DNA of 63,838 bases, counting the filler, from Octopus bimaculoides (taxonomy: Eukaryota), in the NCBI RefSeq assembly GCF_001194135.2. It is 10 parts of 9 records of this genome, joined end to end, with 100 filler letters (N's around TTAATTAATTAA, not from the genome) between each part and the next. Parts side by side here need not be neighbours in the genome. Positions count along the whole stretch, not along the records: positions 48,384 to 58,134 come from NW_026367122.1; positions 58,235 to 61,902 come from NW_026364364.1; positions 62,003 to 63,838 come from NW_026386725.1; 7 more parts are not named here. The stretch is one strand, 5' to 3'. Below the pieces are notes generated by a model. That model searched no databases. It worked only from the letters and a program-made list of their open reading frames with translations, and was not told where the DNA came from. Shown in pieces: positions 50,403 to 63,838 of the stretch. How positions within the stretch are numbered: position 1 is the first letter of the stretch; every line of letters starts with the position of its first letter. Both the position numbers and the translations under genes were made by a program.

Positions 50403-52979
50403 GTGTGTTCATATATATGTGTGTGTGTGTGTGTNNNNNNNNNNACACACACACACACAATGTGTGTTCATATATATGTGTGTGTGTGTGTGTGTGCATT
50501 AAAATATTGGGTAAAAATGGTAAAGAAAAGGTAAAAGAAAATGAGGTATATTATCAGAAACATCTTTTAATTAATTCTGGCAATAAATTAAAGTAAGAAT
50601 TTTAACAAATTATATTAAGACAGCAAATGATAAAATCCATTTTTAGATAATAGAAGAATCTGATAAGGAAAAGCAAGGCACTCTCTCTTTCCCTTCCCCT
50701 TCTCTCTTCCTAATTGTAAAATAGATACACCTAGTTAATGTTGAAGCTGTGTATTAGTTGTGTATTGCTGAGGAGATCTAATAAGACGAACATGTGCAAA
50801 GACATCACGTAACTACTGCTGGTGATCCCCCCCCCCACTCCCTTGCCAACAACTCCATTAAGATAGTAGGGCATGATTTGACTATCAATGTTTTTTGTAT
50901 TTACTTATTATTTGTTTTTTGTTCCCTCCTCTTTTACCTTTTACCTTTCTGATGAGCTGTAGTGTTCCTGAGTGCTATATACAATAAGATTATTATTATT
51001 ATAATTATATTAAGGTGGCTGGTCAATGATGTGTCAGACAAAATGCTTAGCAACATTTTTCTTCCAGCTCTTTATAATCTGAGCTCAAATCCTGCTGGAG
51101 TCAACTTTGCATTTTATCCTTTCAGGGTTAGCATAGGGTTGATGTAATCAAAAAGACCCCTCCAGCTAAAATTGCAAGCCTTATTCTAAAATTAGAAAGA
51201 ATTATTATTAATATTGTTATAAGATTATATAAAAAAAGGAAAACCTATGTAAGGTAATGCAATATTTTTATCGTCATTGTTCATTCATTAACATCATTTG
51301 TATATTTTGATTGACTCCTCAGCTGCATGACTCAAAGGTTTTTACAAATGTTTATCACATTAAATAGTATTTCATGGCATGAAAGACACACAGGTACATT
51401 AGACGCATTCCAACTTCAGCAGCGCATATTCAGGAAAAAAAGATTTTAGTGTATTAAAGCTTGTAATATGAGTCCAACTTGGCATACAAGACTTGGGGTA
51501 ATTTTGAGACATTTTCTGAATATAAACCCCACCCCAAAAACCAATAAAAATAATTGCACCTTATATGCCATCAAATATAGTTAAATATTTCGAATGATTT
51601 GCTGCAACCTTTTTATGCCCAAGATTTAGTAGGCAAGGAAGAGGTTTATCCAGTTTATTGNNNNNNNNNNCTAATTTTACAAATATAATAAAAAATATAG
51701 ATAAATCAGTGCTAGAGACATTTAGAAATGAAAGAAAGATATCTTGTAATTGTTAATGGTTTCTTGTGGAACCAGCAAATATTTTTTTGTCTACAGAGTA
51801 CATATTAAAAGCTAAGTCAACATGGTAGACATTTCTTTTCCTGTTATTTAGTTACCAGCACGTAGATTAAATAACTACAAAGTATATACCTGAGTCATAG
51901 AGTTTTGACTCACTGAAAAAGTTTGAACTTGTTTATTAACTAAACTAAATGAACTTATCCGTTTCCTGGAGAGTGTCATTAGTGGGATAGGTAATTCTAA
52001 AGAAAAAGCAAAATGAAAAATGCTAATGACACCCAACAGGATAGGTAATTGTAAAGGAAGTGTTTATAACATATGATGTAAAGTTAAACCGAGTGCTGTC
52101 ATATACCCACACAAAATAGCAAGCCCAGCTAAAAATATCATGAGATATTGTATTAAAAACAATACCTCTGAATACTAGTAGTATGGTTTGGACATTCCTG
52201 TAACTTTCAAATTAGAACTTGAATAAGGAATTGTATCAGTTTTCTATTATGTTTCAATATTCACACACTCATACACAAACAATTTACATAATGTATTTTC
52301 ACAAATCCACTCAATGTTTCAAGAATATCTAGGTACACGGGAATAAGACAACCTCAGTGTAATAACAAAAAAACAGAGGATCTCCACCCACACAGTTTAT
52401 AAAGGAATGGTTTAATCTTTTTGATACCTGAGACAGACATTGGTTCTGTGATACAAACTTCCTGTTTTATAGTGGTCTAAATTAAAACTTTCCATTAAAA
52501 TTTCATCTTAATTCATGTTTCAAACATTATCTTAATAATAACTAAGTTAATTTATTAGATACTTTAATAATTTTCAAAATTAATTGAAACAAATGCAGTA
52601 TATTTAACAAAGGCTTAATACATATATTTAATGAATGTAAATTGTGTTTTGAAATTCATTATATGTTACTAGCTGGTGTACCTGGTAATTCCTGATCTAT
52701 AACTGGGGCCCTTGGCAGGTACTACTGTCTCAAACCAGAGTGGACCTTGTAGCAGTGGTGACTAAAGAGTAGCTCCATACTCCCTAAAACTCTTGAGATG
52801 GACCCTCTCAACCTTCCCTGTTGGATGCAGTCTTACCCAGGACATTTGAGACCCTCCAGTCTTAAAGATGAGATGATGCAGGAACTATAACCCAGCCAAT
52901 CCCTCATCCCATTTGGTCAAAATTGTTAAAAAGGGAATGGATGAGTGGTAGGCTGGGTTATAGATCCATTTAATACAAT

Positions 52980-53465
52980 AGGCACAGGCATGGTTGTATA
53001 GTAAGAAGCTTGCTTCTCAATTATGCAGTTCTGGGTTCAGTCCCACTACATGGCACGCTGGGCAAGTGTTTTCTACTATAGCCTTGGGCCAACCAAAGCC
53101 TTGTGAGNNNNNNNNNNTATAGCCTTGGGCCAACCAAAGCCTTGTGAGTGAATTTGGTTGATGGAAACTGAAAGAAGTCTGTTGTGTGTGTGTGTCTTTG
53201 TGTCTGTGTTTGTCCTCCACCATGCTTGACAACTGGCGTTGGTGTGTTCATGTCCCCATAACTTAACACTTCAACAAAAGTGATCAACAGAATAAGTAAC
53301 AGGCTTTAAAAGAAAAAAAAAGCACTGGGAGTCAATTCATTCAACTAAAATTCTTCAAAGTGGTGCCCCAGCATGGCCACAGTNNNNNNNNNNAACTAAA
53401 ATTCTTCAAAGTGGTGCCCCAGCATGGCCACAGTCTAATGACTATAACAAGTAAAAAATAAAAGA
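52980..53465 (+). mobile_element. SINE family A, CpG-decayed
   Basis: Family A copy with CpG to TpG/CpA changes (TTGGGCCAACC, GATGGAAAC, TCTGTTGTG, CCCCATAACTTAACAC). Confidence 0.85.
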
Positions 53466-55771
53466 TAAACCAGTATCATAAAAAAATGTACATTAAACTG
53501 ATGACAATGTTCATCAATGATGATTTCTACTTTAGCCTAATTCCTGGAAAACTTAGTCAGCAACTCTCAAGAAATTCTTTCCTGCCTTTGTTTATCCTGG
53601 AAGCATTTCCATGTTCAAACTGCCCATTTAAAATCACCTGTCTGGACAAGTCTGTCATAGGTACTGCTTCTATGCCTCTGATTTAGGATTAAAAACCTTT
53701 CATATGTTCAGTGATATCCACCCCTCCAAACATAAGCCAACCAGAATGTCAACTAAAGATTGTGTATTTTTATTATTTTTTCTAATATATTACACTTCCT
53801 TGGAAGATAAAGACTTTTGTTTCAGTCTCTTTATGGAGTAGAGAAATTTTTCTCATACACTAACATGTTATGCACACACACAAAACACACACACACACAC
53901 ANNNNNNNNNNCACACACTGTGATGTAATGTCCGCCAGATACACTGGGAATAAATTAAATCACAGAGAACAAAAGAAGACCACAACAGCAAGCCACAATC
54001 AGCCATTGTTTACAAGGCAAGCCAATTTACATATCGTGTCCTCTTCATACATGATGAGGAATAAAATAATGCATACATGAGTAAAATATTTAAAACAACA
54101 TTTGAAGCAACCTGCATAAAATAGAAGCTAAAAAAGCCCCTAACCTCCTGCAAACAAATAATAATGAAACTAAAATTTTCTTGTTTCTAGAAAGTTCTTA
54201 GCATTTTGCCATCATAAGAAAAGATAGGAAAGGATTCTTGTAGAACAGTTTCTGGTGTCTTTAACAAAGTAAACTTTCCTATTATTTTGTGTTTTTGTTG
54301 TTCTGTTTTATCTTGTGGCTTTTATCACTNNNNNNNNNNATTATTTTGTGTTTTTGTTGTTCTGTTTTATCTTGTGGCTTTTATCACTACTTCCTGTAAA
54401 GGGAGTAGGATGTCCCTGGCTCCCTTGGGTTCCCCTCATTGTCTAGAGGTTATATCATGCACACATTGACTTAGAGTTGACAATTATGTCAGAGCAAAAA
54501 CACACAACTCTAGTGTTTTTCCAAAAGACAGGTGCTGTTATTGTATTGATAAAAGGTCAAAGGTTTAGAGTTTACAAATAAAAGAGATAAAGTCAACAAA
54601 AGTCAATATGTAAAAATAATGAGGAAGTCATGGCAGCGGTGAGAGGTATAAATGTTCAAGTTATGGTAGCAGTGAGGGACAGTAAACGATAAGGTTATGG
54701 TAGCAGTGANNNNNNNNNNNNNNNNNNNTTATGGTAGCAGTGAGGGACAGTAAACGATAAGGTTATGGTAGCAGTGAGAGAGAATAAATTTATACAGATA
54801 TAAAAATAATAAAATGAAATAGAATGAGTTTTAGATAAAACTGAGTAGAAACAAGGAATCATTATAGCCAACAAAATACAAATCCACTGATTTTGTTTTA
54901 GCAGCAGTTTGGGCTAAAAATAATTCTTTTCAGATTGCTTCAGCCATTATGGACAAGGCTTTGATGGGGCACCAAACTAGCAACAATTAAACATGTGACA
55001 GTATGTATTTGTGATAGCTTGTGTGTATGTGACAATGTGCATATTTGAGACAGCATGTGCATGCATGTGAGAGACAGTGTGTGCATGTATGTGATGGCAT
55101 ACATATGTGTGCGATAGTATATACAAGTGTGTGACTGCATGTGCAAGTGTGAATATGAAAATATAAGGTACTGATGACCATGGAAGTAAAGATTTCGAAC
55201 ATACTATTTGATCAGGATTGATCTAGTGGTGTGAGAGGGTGGGAGAAGAAATAGAGAGTAAACAACAACAACAATAAATGTTATTTGTAGAACTGAGGCT
55301 GTAAGGAAATTTCCAAGTGACAATACTAGCCCATTAATACGGAAACCTTAATTAAACCTCAATCATAATGAATTTAATGAGGAGAACACTAAATAGCAAA
55401 ATTAGGTTGCATAATTGTTACTGACCAGGTTACCATCTTCAGTAGGAAGAGTATCTGAGAGTATTTCATTGATGGCAATTAAATATAAACGAATATAAAT
55501 GAGGAGTGTCAGAGTTAATAGTTTGATAAATGAGCGTTGGTGGTAGTGGTGTTGGTGGTAGCGGTGCTGGTGGTAGCAGTGCTGGTGGTGGTGGTATTTA
55601 TAGACTTATAGTAATAGAGGTAGTGGTTGTAGTNNNNNNNNNNNNNTAGGATGGTAGATAGTTGTACTAGTATTAGTATAGCAGTGGTAGTAGTAGATTT
55701 AGTAATGTGGGAGGGCTGGCAGTGTTATTGCGGTAGCTGTAGCAGCAGTAGAAGTAGTAGTAACAGCAGCT

Positions 55772-55802
<31 letters not shown>

Positions 55803-56904
55803 NNNNNNNNNNNNNNNNNNNNNNNNNNNNNNNNNNNNNNNNNNNNNNNNNNNNNNNNNGCAGCAGCAGCAGCAGTGGTGAGGGTAGAAAATTGTAGTAT
55901 ATTAATAGTAGCGTGAAGACTAGTCAAGTGAGTTATTAGTAATGTGAAGACTATAGTAGTGCTAGTAGTAGTGGTGGTGGTGGTGGTTGTGGTGGTAGCA
56001 GTAGTAGTGGTGACTAAAACTGGTGTGGTGTGCTAATNNNNNNNNNNGTGGTGGTAGCAGTAGTAGTGGTGACTAAAACTGGTGTGGTGTGCTAATTTGA
56101 TGTTACTGTTGTTTAGGCCAAAATAAACAGACCTACGATTCAAAGTGTTCCACTCATGCCTGTTCCTTATTATAATTTTCAGACCTGTATTTGTGTTTCT
56201 TAAGACTGAAAACAAGATTTGAAGGACTGATATTTCTAGCAGATAAGGCAACCATAAAAAAGCTCCCTCTATAAGTGATGTATACGATATATTAAGTTAG
56301 TGGGTGGTTGTTATTATTATTTAATCCTAGCTGCATCTTGATATGAGCAGACATGTGACAAAAAGATTTCCACTTGTAACTCCTGATAATTCAGGTATCA
56401 TGTATCCAAGACAACACAAGAATGTGATACACAAATAAAAAAAAGTTTCCTCTTCAAGTCATACTGACTCATTAGAACCAGTTTCCTGGTTTCCATGACA
56501 TATAAATTCCCCACCTGGACAGGATGCCAGTCTATCATAGGATTACTCATTTTTGCCAGCTGAGTGGACTGGAGCAATGTGAANNNNNNNNNNTGGACTG
56601 GAGCAATGTGAAATGAAGTGTTTTGCTCAAGAACACAATGCTTCACTCAAGTTCAGGAATCGAAACCACAATCTTACGATCATGAGTCCAACACCTTAAN
56701 NNNNNNNNNCAGGAATCGAAACCACAATCTTACGATCATGAGTCCAACACCTTAACCACGAAGCCACATGCCTCCACAATGTGATATGTGGATATCCATA
56801 TATCATATCCTTGTTTAAGAAGTCAAGATGAAATCTGAGGGAGGTTTCTACCAGGTCAAGTAACTGTGCAGAGACCACCTCATTATCTTTATACATATAC
56901 TTTG

Positions 56905-57050
56905 TGAAGTGTTTTGCATTAGAAAGGGTGTCAAGCTATAGAAACCATGCCAAAGCAGGAATTGGAGTTTGGCACATTCCTATGGCTTATCAGTTTGTTT
57001 ACAGCCATCTAACCCATACCAGCATTGAACAAAGACGTCAATGATGATGA
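56905..57050 (+). mobile_element. RTE-type 3' tail repeat ending in (GAT)n
   Basis: Diverged TTAGAAAGGGTGTCAAGCTATAGAAACCATGCCAAA...CTAACCCATACCAGCAT...GACGTCAATGATGATGA. Relatives lie at about 5490-5535, 48384-48424 and 49070-49242. Confidence 0.6.
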
Positions 57051-58259
57051 TATATTGAATACAATGAACAATACAAAAAAAAATGACATAGAGAAAAGGT
57101 TTAACAAATATANNNNNNNNNNATGAACAATACAAAAAAAAATGACATAGAGAAAAGGTTTAACAAATATAGTATTAGGTTATGGCTTAAATTGGAAGAG
57201 CAAGCATCTTAACTTTTTGGACATTAGTCCTTCACCAGAATCAAGAAAAAAATATAGAGAGAGTGAGAAAGAGGAATAGTCAATGAGAGAGAGAGGGGGG
57301 AAGGAAGGGAGGGAAGGAGAGAAAGAGCGAGAGAGAGAAAAACCGACGTCTGTCTTAAGAGTTAGCTCTTAGACTATCATTTTGGTACCAGCGATGGTTG
57401 GGACCTTGTATTTATGTTGGCTATGGAAGTGGTCACCATGACTGTTCTATAGAAGATTTAAATTTGGAAAGTAGGTTGAATACAGACATGAATATGATTT
57501 GAAATAGAATCATTATTGAAAAGTAACTTCTTGGAATTTAATGCAAGCCATTAACAATGGAGTCCACTAGAAATCCAAAACTGCCTCACCTTGACACCAG
57601 TGTCATCATAGATGGCATGAGATGAATGAAACACAGTTCTGTTAAGCCAATGTTCTATATGGTTTTGACCCCCAAAAAATAATAATGATAATAATAATAA
57701 TAATAATAATAATAATATGATAATTATTTCAACCCTTTTGCATTTAAACCGGCCATATACAGCCAAAATAGATACAAAGGGATGGACAGCTATAAAGCTA
57801 GACGGCTGTGTGTGTGTGTGTACGCACAAGCACACACTTTGAGAAGAGAGAAAGGAAAGGAATGATCAGGGTGGGTGGATGAGTGGAGTGAGTTCTCTAA
57901 GTAAAAATGGGTAGAATGGTGTGGTAGGTGTGATGTGAGGGGTGAACAAGTAGAACTGTTGATAAGACAGATAAACAAGAGATAACGGACAAACCTGTAT
58001 TTCAGCTCAGTTCAGTAGTGTGTCTAGAACTTGGGTTTTACTTCTATCTCTGCTGTTTGTTGGGAGATGCATGCATGCTTATGTGTATGTATATATGAAT
58101 TTATGTGTGTATTGCTTATATATATATATATATANNNNNNNNNNNNNNNNNNNNNNNNNNNNNNNNNNNNNNNNNNNNTTAATTAATTAANNNNNNNNNN
58201 NNNNNNNNNNNNNNNNNNNNNNNNNNNNNNNNNNAAAGAAAATGAAAACTAAGGCTAAC

Positions 58260-58640
58260 TCAGCAAAGTTTATTGGAAAACAAGAAAAGAAACGAGGTTT
58301 TATTTGAAACCTCAGAAGACTGCGTACGGGGAATGCATTGGTTGCATGCGATGCATTTAGACGGCATTCAGTTTCTGCCGATGTGTATTGGAGCAAACCC
58401 TCACCAATGGTTGGGTCAGGTCATTTGAAGTCAGGCTCTGTCTTTAATGTATCCCCATAAGAATCTACAGGAGTTATATCTGGCGATCTGAGCGGCCAGG
58501 GGACTGGACCGCTTCTTCCAGCCTACTGGTTTGAGAAAGTTTCACTGAGACACACTCAAACACTCAACTCCCAATGGGGCGGCACACCATCTTTGGTGGA
58601 AAAGAATTGCTGATTGCAAGAAATTGATCGATGCCTCTCA
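58260..58640 (-). pseudogene. Tc1/mariner transposase remnant of maT (DD37D)-like type
   Basis: DGVPPHW...GRSGPVPWPLRSPDITPVD, cf. QDGAPPH...WIGR.GP..WPPRSPDLTP.D. Confidence 0.75.
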
Positions 58641-59149
58641 ACTCTAATAGGATACAATAAATTGTGGAAATGGTAAAGACAATTTATGGACATGTATATT
58701 CATTGGCTCGCTTTGCAGTCACCTGAAAATTAAGTTCAATCCCATGGTGTCTTGGATAAACGCCTTCTACTATAGTTCGGAAATGATCAATGCTTTTTAA
58801 GTGAATTGGCATTATATATGTGTGTGTGAGTGTGTGTGTGTATGTCTGTGTGTATTTATGTGTGTGTGTATGCTTGTGTGTGTCTTTGTGTTAGTGTTTT
58901 GTCTTCCACCGTCAGTTGACGAACGACCGGTGTTGGTTCGTTTCCCTTTCCCCAGTACCCAAGCGGTTCGGCACAATAGAGGCCGATAGTATAAGTACCA
59001 GGTTTTAAAACTTAATACTGGCGTCGACTTGTTCGACTAAACCCTTCAAGGCAGTGCCCCAGCATGGCCGCAGTCCAATAACTGAGAGAAGTAAAGGATA
59101 AAAATCAAACATCTTTCGTTTGCTTCCAAATAGTTCTTTTGTCCTATTG

Positions 59150-59760
59150 GTTTTGTTGTAGTCTTTTTATTTGTGTCAGATCAGCCGAACATTTGTGACG
59201 GGGTTACATATATTCTGTCATCATTTCAGACCCATGATTCGGGATCCGTGTTAGGAGTTTATTTCTTGTTCTGTGTAAACCCTTCAATTTCCTTTGCTTC
59301 CAATTTACTTTATTGAAGCTGTTCTTTACAAGTGGAAATCTCAATTATTTTATTTGTTTCTTTAAATTCCATTCTGTAGCACGCATTTCTAATTTTGTCT
59401 GCCATTTCTCGTAATTCCATTTTATTAGTTCCATCTACTCCTAACTATTTGAAGTGGCATTAATCTAATTCTTTGATTTCGTTGTCTATGTCTAATTCAA
59501 TTTTCTCACTTTCAGCCAATTTCCATTTTATAATAATTGCGGCACATTTGTGAAATTACTCATTTTGTCTTGTCTTCACTTGTGAAGAATTTTCTATACG
59601 TTTCTAACTGATGGTTTACCGCTTACCTTATAACAATATAGTAACTGCTTAATCTAGTGCTATTGATGTTCCTATTTTGTTTTCATTAAGTTTACTTTTT
59701 TAAATTATTGCTGCTTTTATCGTGGTTCTGTTTGGTCTTGGGTGTAATTTTCGTTGGACC
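59150..59760 (-). mobile_element. Highly decayed R4-type LINE RT fragment
   Basis: Residual KCAAIII...KLAESEKIEL...IKELD and LGVD segments, with many stops. Confidence 0.5.
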
Positions 59761-60344
59761 AGCGGGGCATCTTTTTTTATATATATATATATAATTCTCT
59801 AATTGTTTCTACCGTTAGAATTATTGTAAAGTCCAAAATTTGAATCTTTATCTTAAGGACTTCTTGCAACCACATATAATTGCAGGGCTTTTTGCCCTGG
59901 ACCAGCAGTTTCATGGTCTTTGTATTCACTCACCCAACTTGGGTACAGCGCAACTATTGCTTTGCGGTCTTCAGATGTCAATATAAGTGTTTATACAGAT
60001 CTCTGCACTAAGAAAACAGCTGCAGCCTCGGGTCATCCTGTGTTCCTTGAGCCTAAGACATGAGGCACAAATATAATACTAGGTATGCGAGGGCTTGTGA
60101 CTTAGTCGTTAGAGCTATTGGGCTCACAATCTTAAGGTCGTGAGTTCGATTTCGGCAGCGCGGTGGATCCTTCAACAAGACATTTTATTTCATCTTGATC
60201 CAGTCCACTCACTTGGCATCCCTCTCACATTCTGTGTCACGTTAAAACTCTGTCTCGCTAAATCTCCCTGAGAACTACATTCACTCAATTTGGATTCTAA
60301 AACTTTACATAAATGACAATCCTTATTTCTTTTCTGATAGAAGA

Positions 60345-60510
60345 AAGATGTTCACAATAAGATGCACCAGCCAAAGGCAGACGCAGATCGTCGTTACCTA
60401 CCCAGAGCTGATGGAGGTCGAGGCTTGATCCAGTTTGAAATCTCTAACAAAACTACAACAATTGGACTGGTAAAATATCTTGAAACATGTAACGACTTGG
60501 CTGATGAAAG
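60345..60510 (+). mobile_element. R4-type LINE fragment (post-RT region)
   Basis: HQPKADADRRYLPRADGGRGL, cf. HPKSDVDRLYLPR..GGRGL. Confidence 0.8.
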
Positions 60511-61209
60511 GAACCCTAAGTCGATTACATCAGCCTCAGCACTTTACTGGTTGACAATCTGTGGAACCTCGGACGACTGGCATGTAGTGGTTAAGAAGTT
60601 TGATTTGCATCCAGATGGTTTCTGGTTCAGTCCAACTGCACGCACCTTCGCCAAGTGTCCTCTATAATAGCACCAGATTGACTAATGTCTTATGAGTGGA
60701 TTTGGTAAACGAAAGCTGTGTGGACGCCCGTTGTATATATGTGGGAAGGGGCGTGTGTGTTTGTGTAAAAGTGTGTTAGATTGTGTGTCGTTTTGTTTGT
60801 TTGTTTGTTTGTTTGTTCCCATCCACCGTTTGACAACCTATGTTGGTTTATTTATTTCCCTGTATATTAGCGGTTCGGCGAAAGAGACCGATAGAATAAA
60901 TACCAAACTGAAAAAAAAATAAATGCTAGGGTCGATTTATTCAACTAAAACGCTACAAGGCGGTGCTCCAGCATTGCCGCAGTCCAACGAAACAAAAGAT
61001 AAAAGATACAACTACAAATAATACTAACACGAAATATTAAACGTTAACTGCTTTGGTTGTTTTTGCCGTAACAATGGCGGTCTTCCTTCTGGCACAAATA
61101 TAGACTTAGAAGCCAGAACAACGACTTCGGAAGGCGCTACAATGAAACATGTTCTTGTAGTTTTAACATGTAAAATAAACGACCAAGTGTAATGATACAG
61201 GAGATCTCT

Positions 61210-61285
<76 letters not shown>

Positions 61286-63049
61286 CATCATCATTATTAT
61301 TATTGTTGCTGTTTGTTTTTATCATTATTGTTGTTTGTGTTTATTGTTGTCGTTGTTGTTGTTGCTGCTATCGTTTTCCCCTTTGATGTAAAAATATGTT
61401 TACATCCAGCTGGAGAAAGCTGTTGGAGAACGATGCTGAAGTTTCCCCAAGATATTTTAAATTTCAACCATTAGCAAGACCGAGAGAAGAAGACAAGCAC
61501 AAGGTTAAAAAAGGAAAAGAAAAGAGAAGAAAACAAAATGAAAATAAATAAAAAGTGCATATTTTATTTACTTATTCTTTTCTTTAATAGATTTAGGTTA
61601 CGAAATGAGGGAAAGATTATTGACAAAATGGAGGAAAGTTTTGTAAATAACGTAATATCTCTCCGCAACCAATCGAGTGAATGAGAGATCTAAGATGTGG
61701 TCGTTGAACGCATTAAAAACGGCAGATAAATGTGACCTGGACCCTTTTCGAATCACTTTTTGAAAAGACAAAGACGCGTTGGATTATAAAGGGCTGGATA
61801 TGTTATTTCATGCCTGGAAAGGTTGACATCTTGTGTTAAGTGTTCAAACTGGCCCTTATCTTTCATCATCATCATCATCATTATCATCATCATTATCATC
61901 ATNNNNNNNNNNNNNNNNNNNNNNNNNNNNNNNNNNNNNNNNNNNNTTAATTAATTAANNNNNNNNNNNNNNNNNNNNNNNNNNNNNNNNNNNNNNNNNN
62001 NNTATCGTTGGTACCGGGCAATTTTTACAATAGAATATCTTATATATATTTTTGTTTATTCCACACAAGACCCTGCCTGCCTTCTCTGATCAGGACAGAT
62101 TTGTGCAATTTTTCGCAAAAAACTTCGTTGAGGACTTTTTCCTTTTCAAATTATTTACATGTCTGTTTGAGCGTTTCACATGACTTTATTCATTAAAACT
62201 TATTAAAGCTTCACAAGTTCTTACAGCTTTAGTCGTCGTAATGCTTTGCTTTCGTTTGTTTAATAAAAATTCCTCCACGTGATGATTTTGCTTTCATTTT
62301 GTGATAGGCAGCTATCATGCAGAAAATGTCAGCTTCCAAATCCTGTTTTCTGATTAGGCGAAATTGATTAAACTTTAACATTTTTTTGCAATTTTTCTGG
62401 AACAAATAAATAACAAAACGGATTTAAAGTAAAACATTATTTCAATATATCAAATTTGAAAATTTTCACGTAATTTTAAAATTTCACAATATGTGACAGC
62501 AACAGGGAATACCCTACAATAGTAGAAAGACAGAGAGTTAATAAACGTGACACACACATACGCACACACGCACACGCACGCACACATTTACAAACGTACA
62601 CACAGGTAATCACGAGTTTAAAATGGTGTATAATAGACATATGTATGTCTGTACGTATCTATATATATGTATGTCTGTGTGTATCTGTGTGTGGGTGTCT
62701 CTTTGCGACGAGCAACAGAAAAGCCATTGACCCCTCTCTCCTTAAAGCTACGTGTTCCTCGCACCCACCTTTCTTTCCCTTCCTCTGCGTTTTAAAGTTA
62801 GTTATGTGTATGTGCGTGTGTTCTTGTGTTTGCAGTGTGTGTATGTGTTTGTGCATGTGTATCCGTGAATGACAGCTGTATCAAACATTACCATCCCATT
62901 GCCGCTCCATATTCGTCGCTTACACAACACTGTTCTTCCCTTCCCTTATATCAGACACACTCACTATGCCATCACATTTCCCTCACACTAACACGCTTTA
63001 CACCCTCCTCATATTGTAAAAAAATAGCCCAACTCACCTTGTAGATTTT

Positions 63050-63190
63050 TATTAAAATCCAATTGGCCCATAATTGAACTGGATGTTACTTTAACATGTA
63101 TGCAAAGTTTCGTTAAGATTGGTTCACTGGTGTAGGCACCAAGATGTTAACAGACAGACGACAGACAGAAATTATCATTTATGTATAAAA
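63050..63190 (+). mobile_element. Possible non-autonomous Helitron-like repeat fragment
   Basis: TGCAAAGTTTCGTTAAGATTGG...ACAGACAGACGACAGACAGAAAT resembles common invertebrate non-autonomous Helitron interiors. No termini were confirmed. Confidence 0.35.
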
Positions 63191-63612
63191 TGCATATATA
63201 TGTATGTATCAATATACAGTATGCACGCACACACAAATTCACATACACATACACACAACCATTGATACATGTACATATTCATACGCACATAAATCCCTGC
63301 TTTACTAGTATTGCACCCAATAACCCCAAACACAAACTATTATGTAGAGAAAAGACACACCGCCCTCGCCTGTAGTCGCCATCGTCTCCCCTACCACCCT
63401 CATCCCTGCCAATTAACTCCGCTATGTCTACAACCTTCAGCTCCACTACGACCATCGCCACAACCGCTTCCAACGCTAATACTTACATACTTCCAGGTGT
63501 TCGGAATCCAAAACGCTACCCTCCTCCTCCTCCGACTTCTCCTCCGCTCCTCCTTCACCTCCAGCTGCCATTGTTACTACAACCACTCACCTTCGTCGTC
63601 GTCGTCACAATT

Positions 63613-63652
<40 letters not shown>

Positions 63653-63838
63653 ACGACCACAATTCTCAGCGACGAAAACTTCACGCCCCTAAAAAAAGAC
63701 CGTTCACCACCACCACCACCAACGATAACACCTCCATCACCACCATTAATAATACCACAACCAGCGTGTCGCTGTCGCCACCACAGCCATCATCATCATC
63801 TTTATATTTACTTTTTAACTTTTACTTGTTTCAATCAC

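Noticed and set aside
54395-54440. Three Gly-X-Y triplets (RGTQGSQGHP) on the minus strand
   Set aside because: Too short, with no donor site. Not collagen.
48687-57160. Many 25-60 nt direct repeats separated by exactly 10 N (e.g. 48687-48753, 49068-49170, 53344-53433, 56584-56740, 57063-57171)
   Set aside because: They look like repeat-spacer units or TSDs but are unmerged contig overlaps, an assembly artefact. They are not CRISPR.
1-63838. Prokaryotic or phage defence system, CRISPR array, rRNA
   Set aside because: There are no operon-like ORFs, no repeat-spacer array and no rRNA motifs. The sequence is intron-containing animal DNA.

Overview
This is eukaryotic, AT-rich, gap-ridden draft genome sequence. 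The SINE families, the microsatellite load and the mix of Penelope and R4-type LINEs suggest a coleoid cephalopod, probably Octopus (inference, not database-verified). I can reconstruct one host protein-coding gene: a divergent TMEM11/PMI-like mitochondrial membrane protein on the minus strand. Its two exons (12063-12041 and 10013-9431) join in phase 2 to give 201 aa, and the ORF track misses the first exon. The rest is mostly mobile-element debris: a Helitron helicase tail with a textbook 3' hairpin/CTAG end, two Penelope-like elements (one split by a mariner MITE), a Tc1 copy with perfect TIRs, a decayed hATm-like transposase, mariner and maT remnants, hAT and TTAA-flanked MITEs, at least seven R4/Dong-type LINE fragments, and dozens of tRNA-derived SINEs. 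I found no CRISPR array, no prokaryotic system and no clearly novel machinery. The most interesting signals are: the divergent TMEM11 with its start codons inside a perfect hairpin; two R4/Dong-type LINE families sitting in different microsatellites, (TAA)n versus (TATG)n; decayed hammerhead-ribozyme cores in Penelope-type terminal repeats; and two CpG-depleted domains, visible in SINE copies, that probably mark methylated bodies of genes whose exons I could not identify. Many apparent oddities (TTAATTAATTAA spacers, duplications around 10-N gaps, X-rich ORFs) are assembly artefacts.
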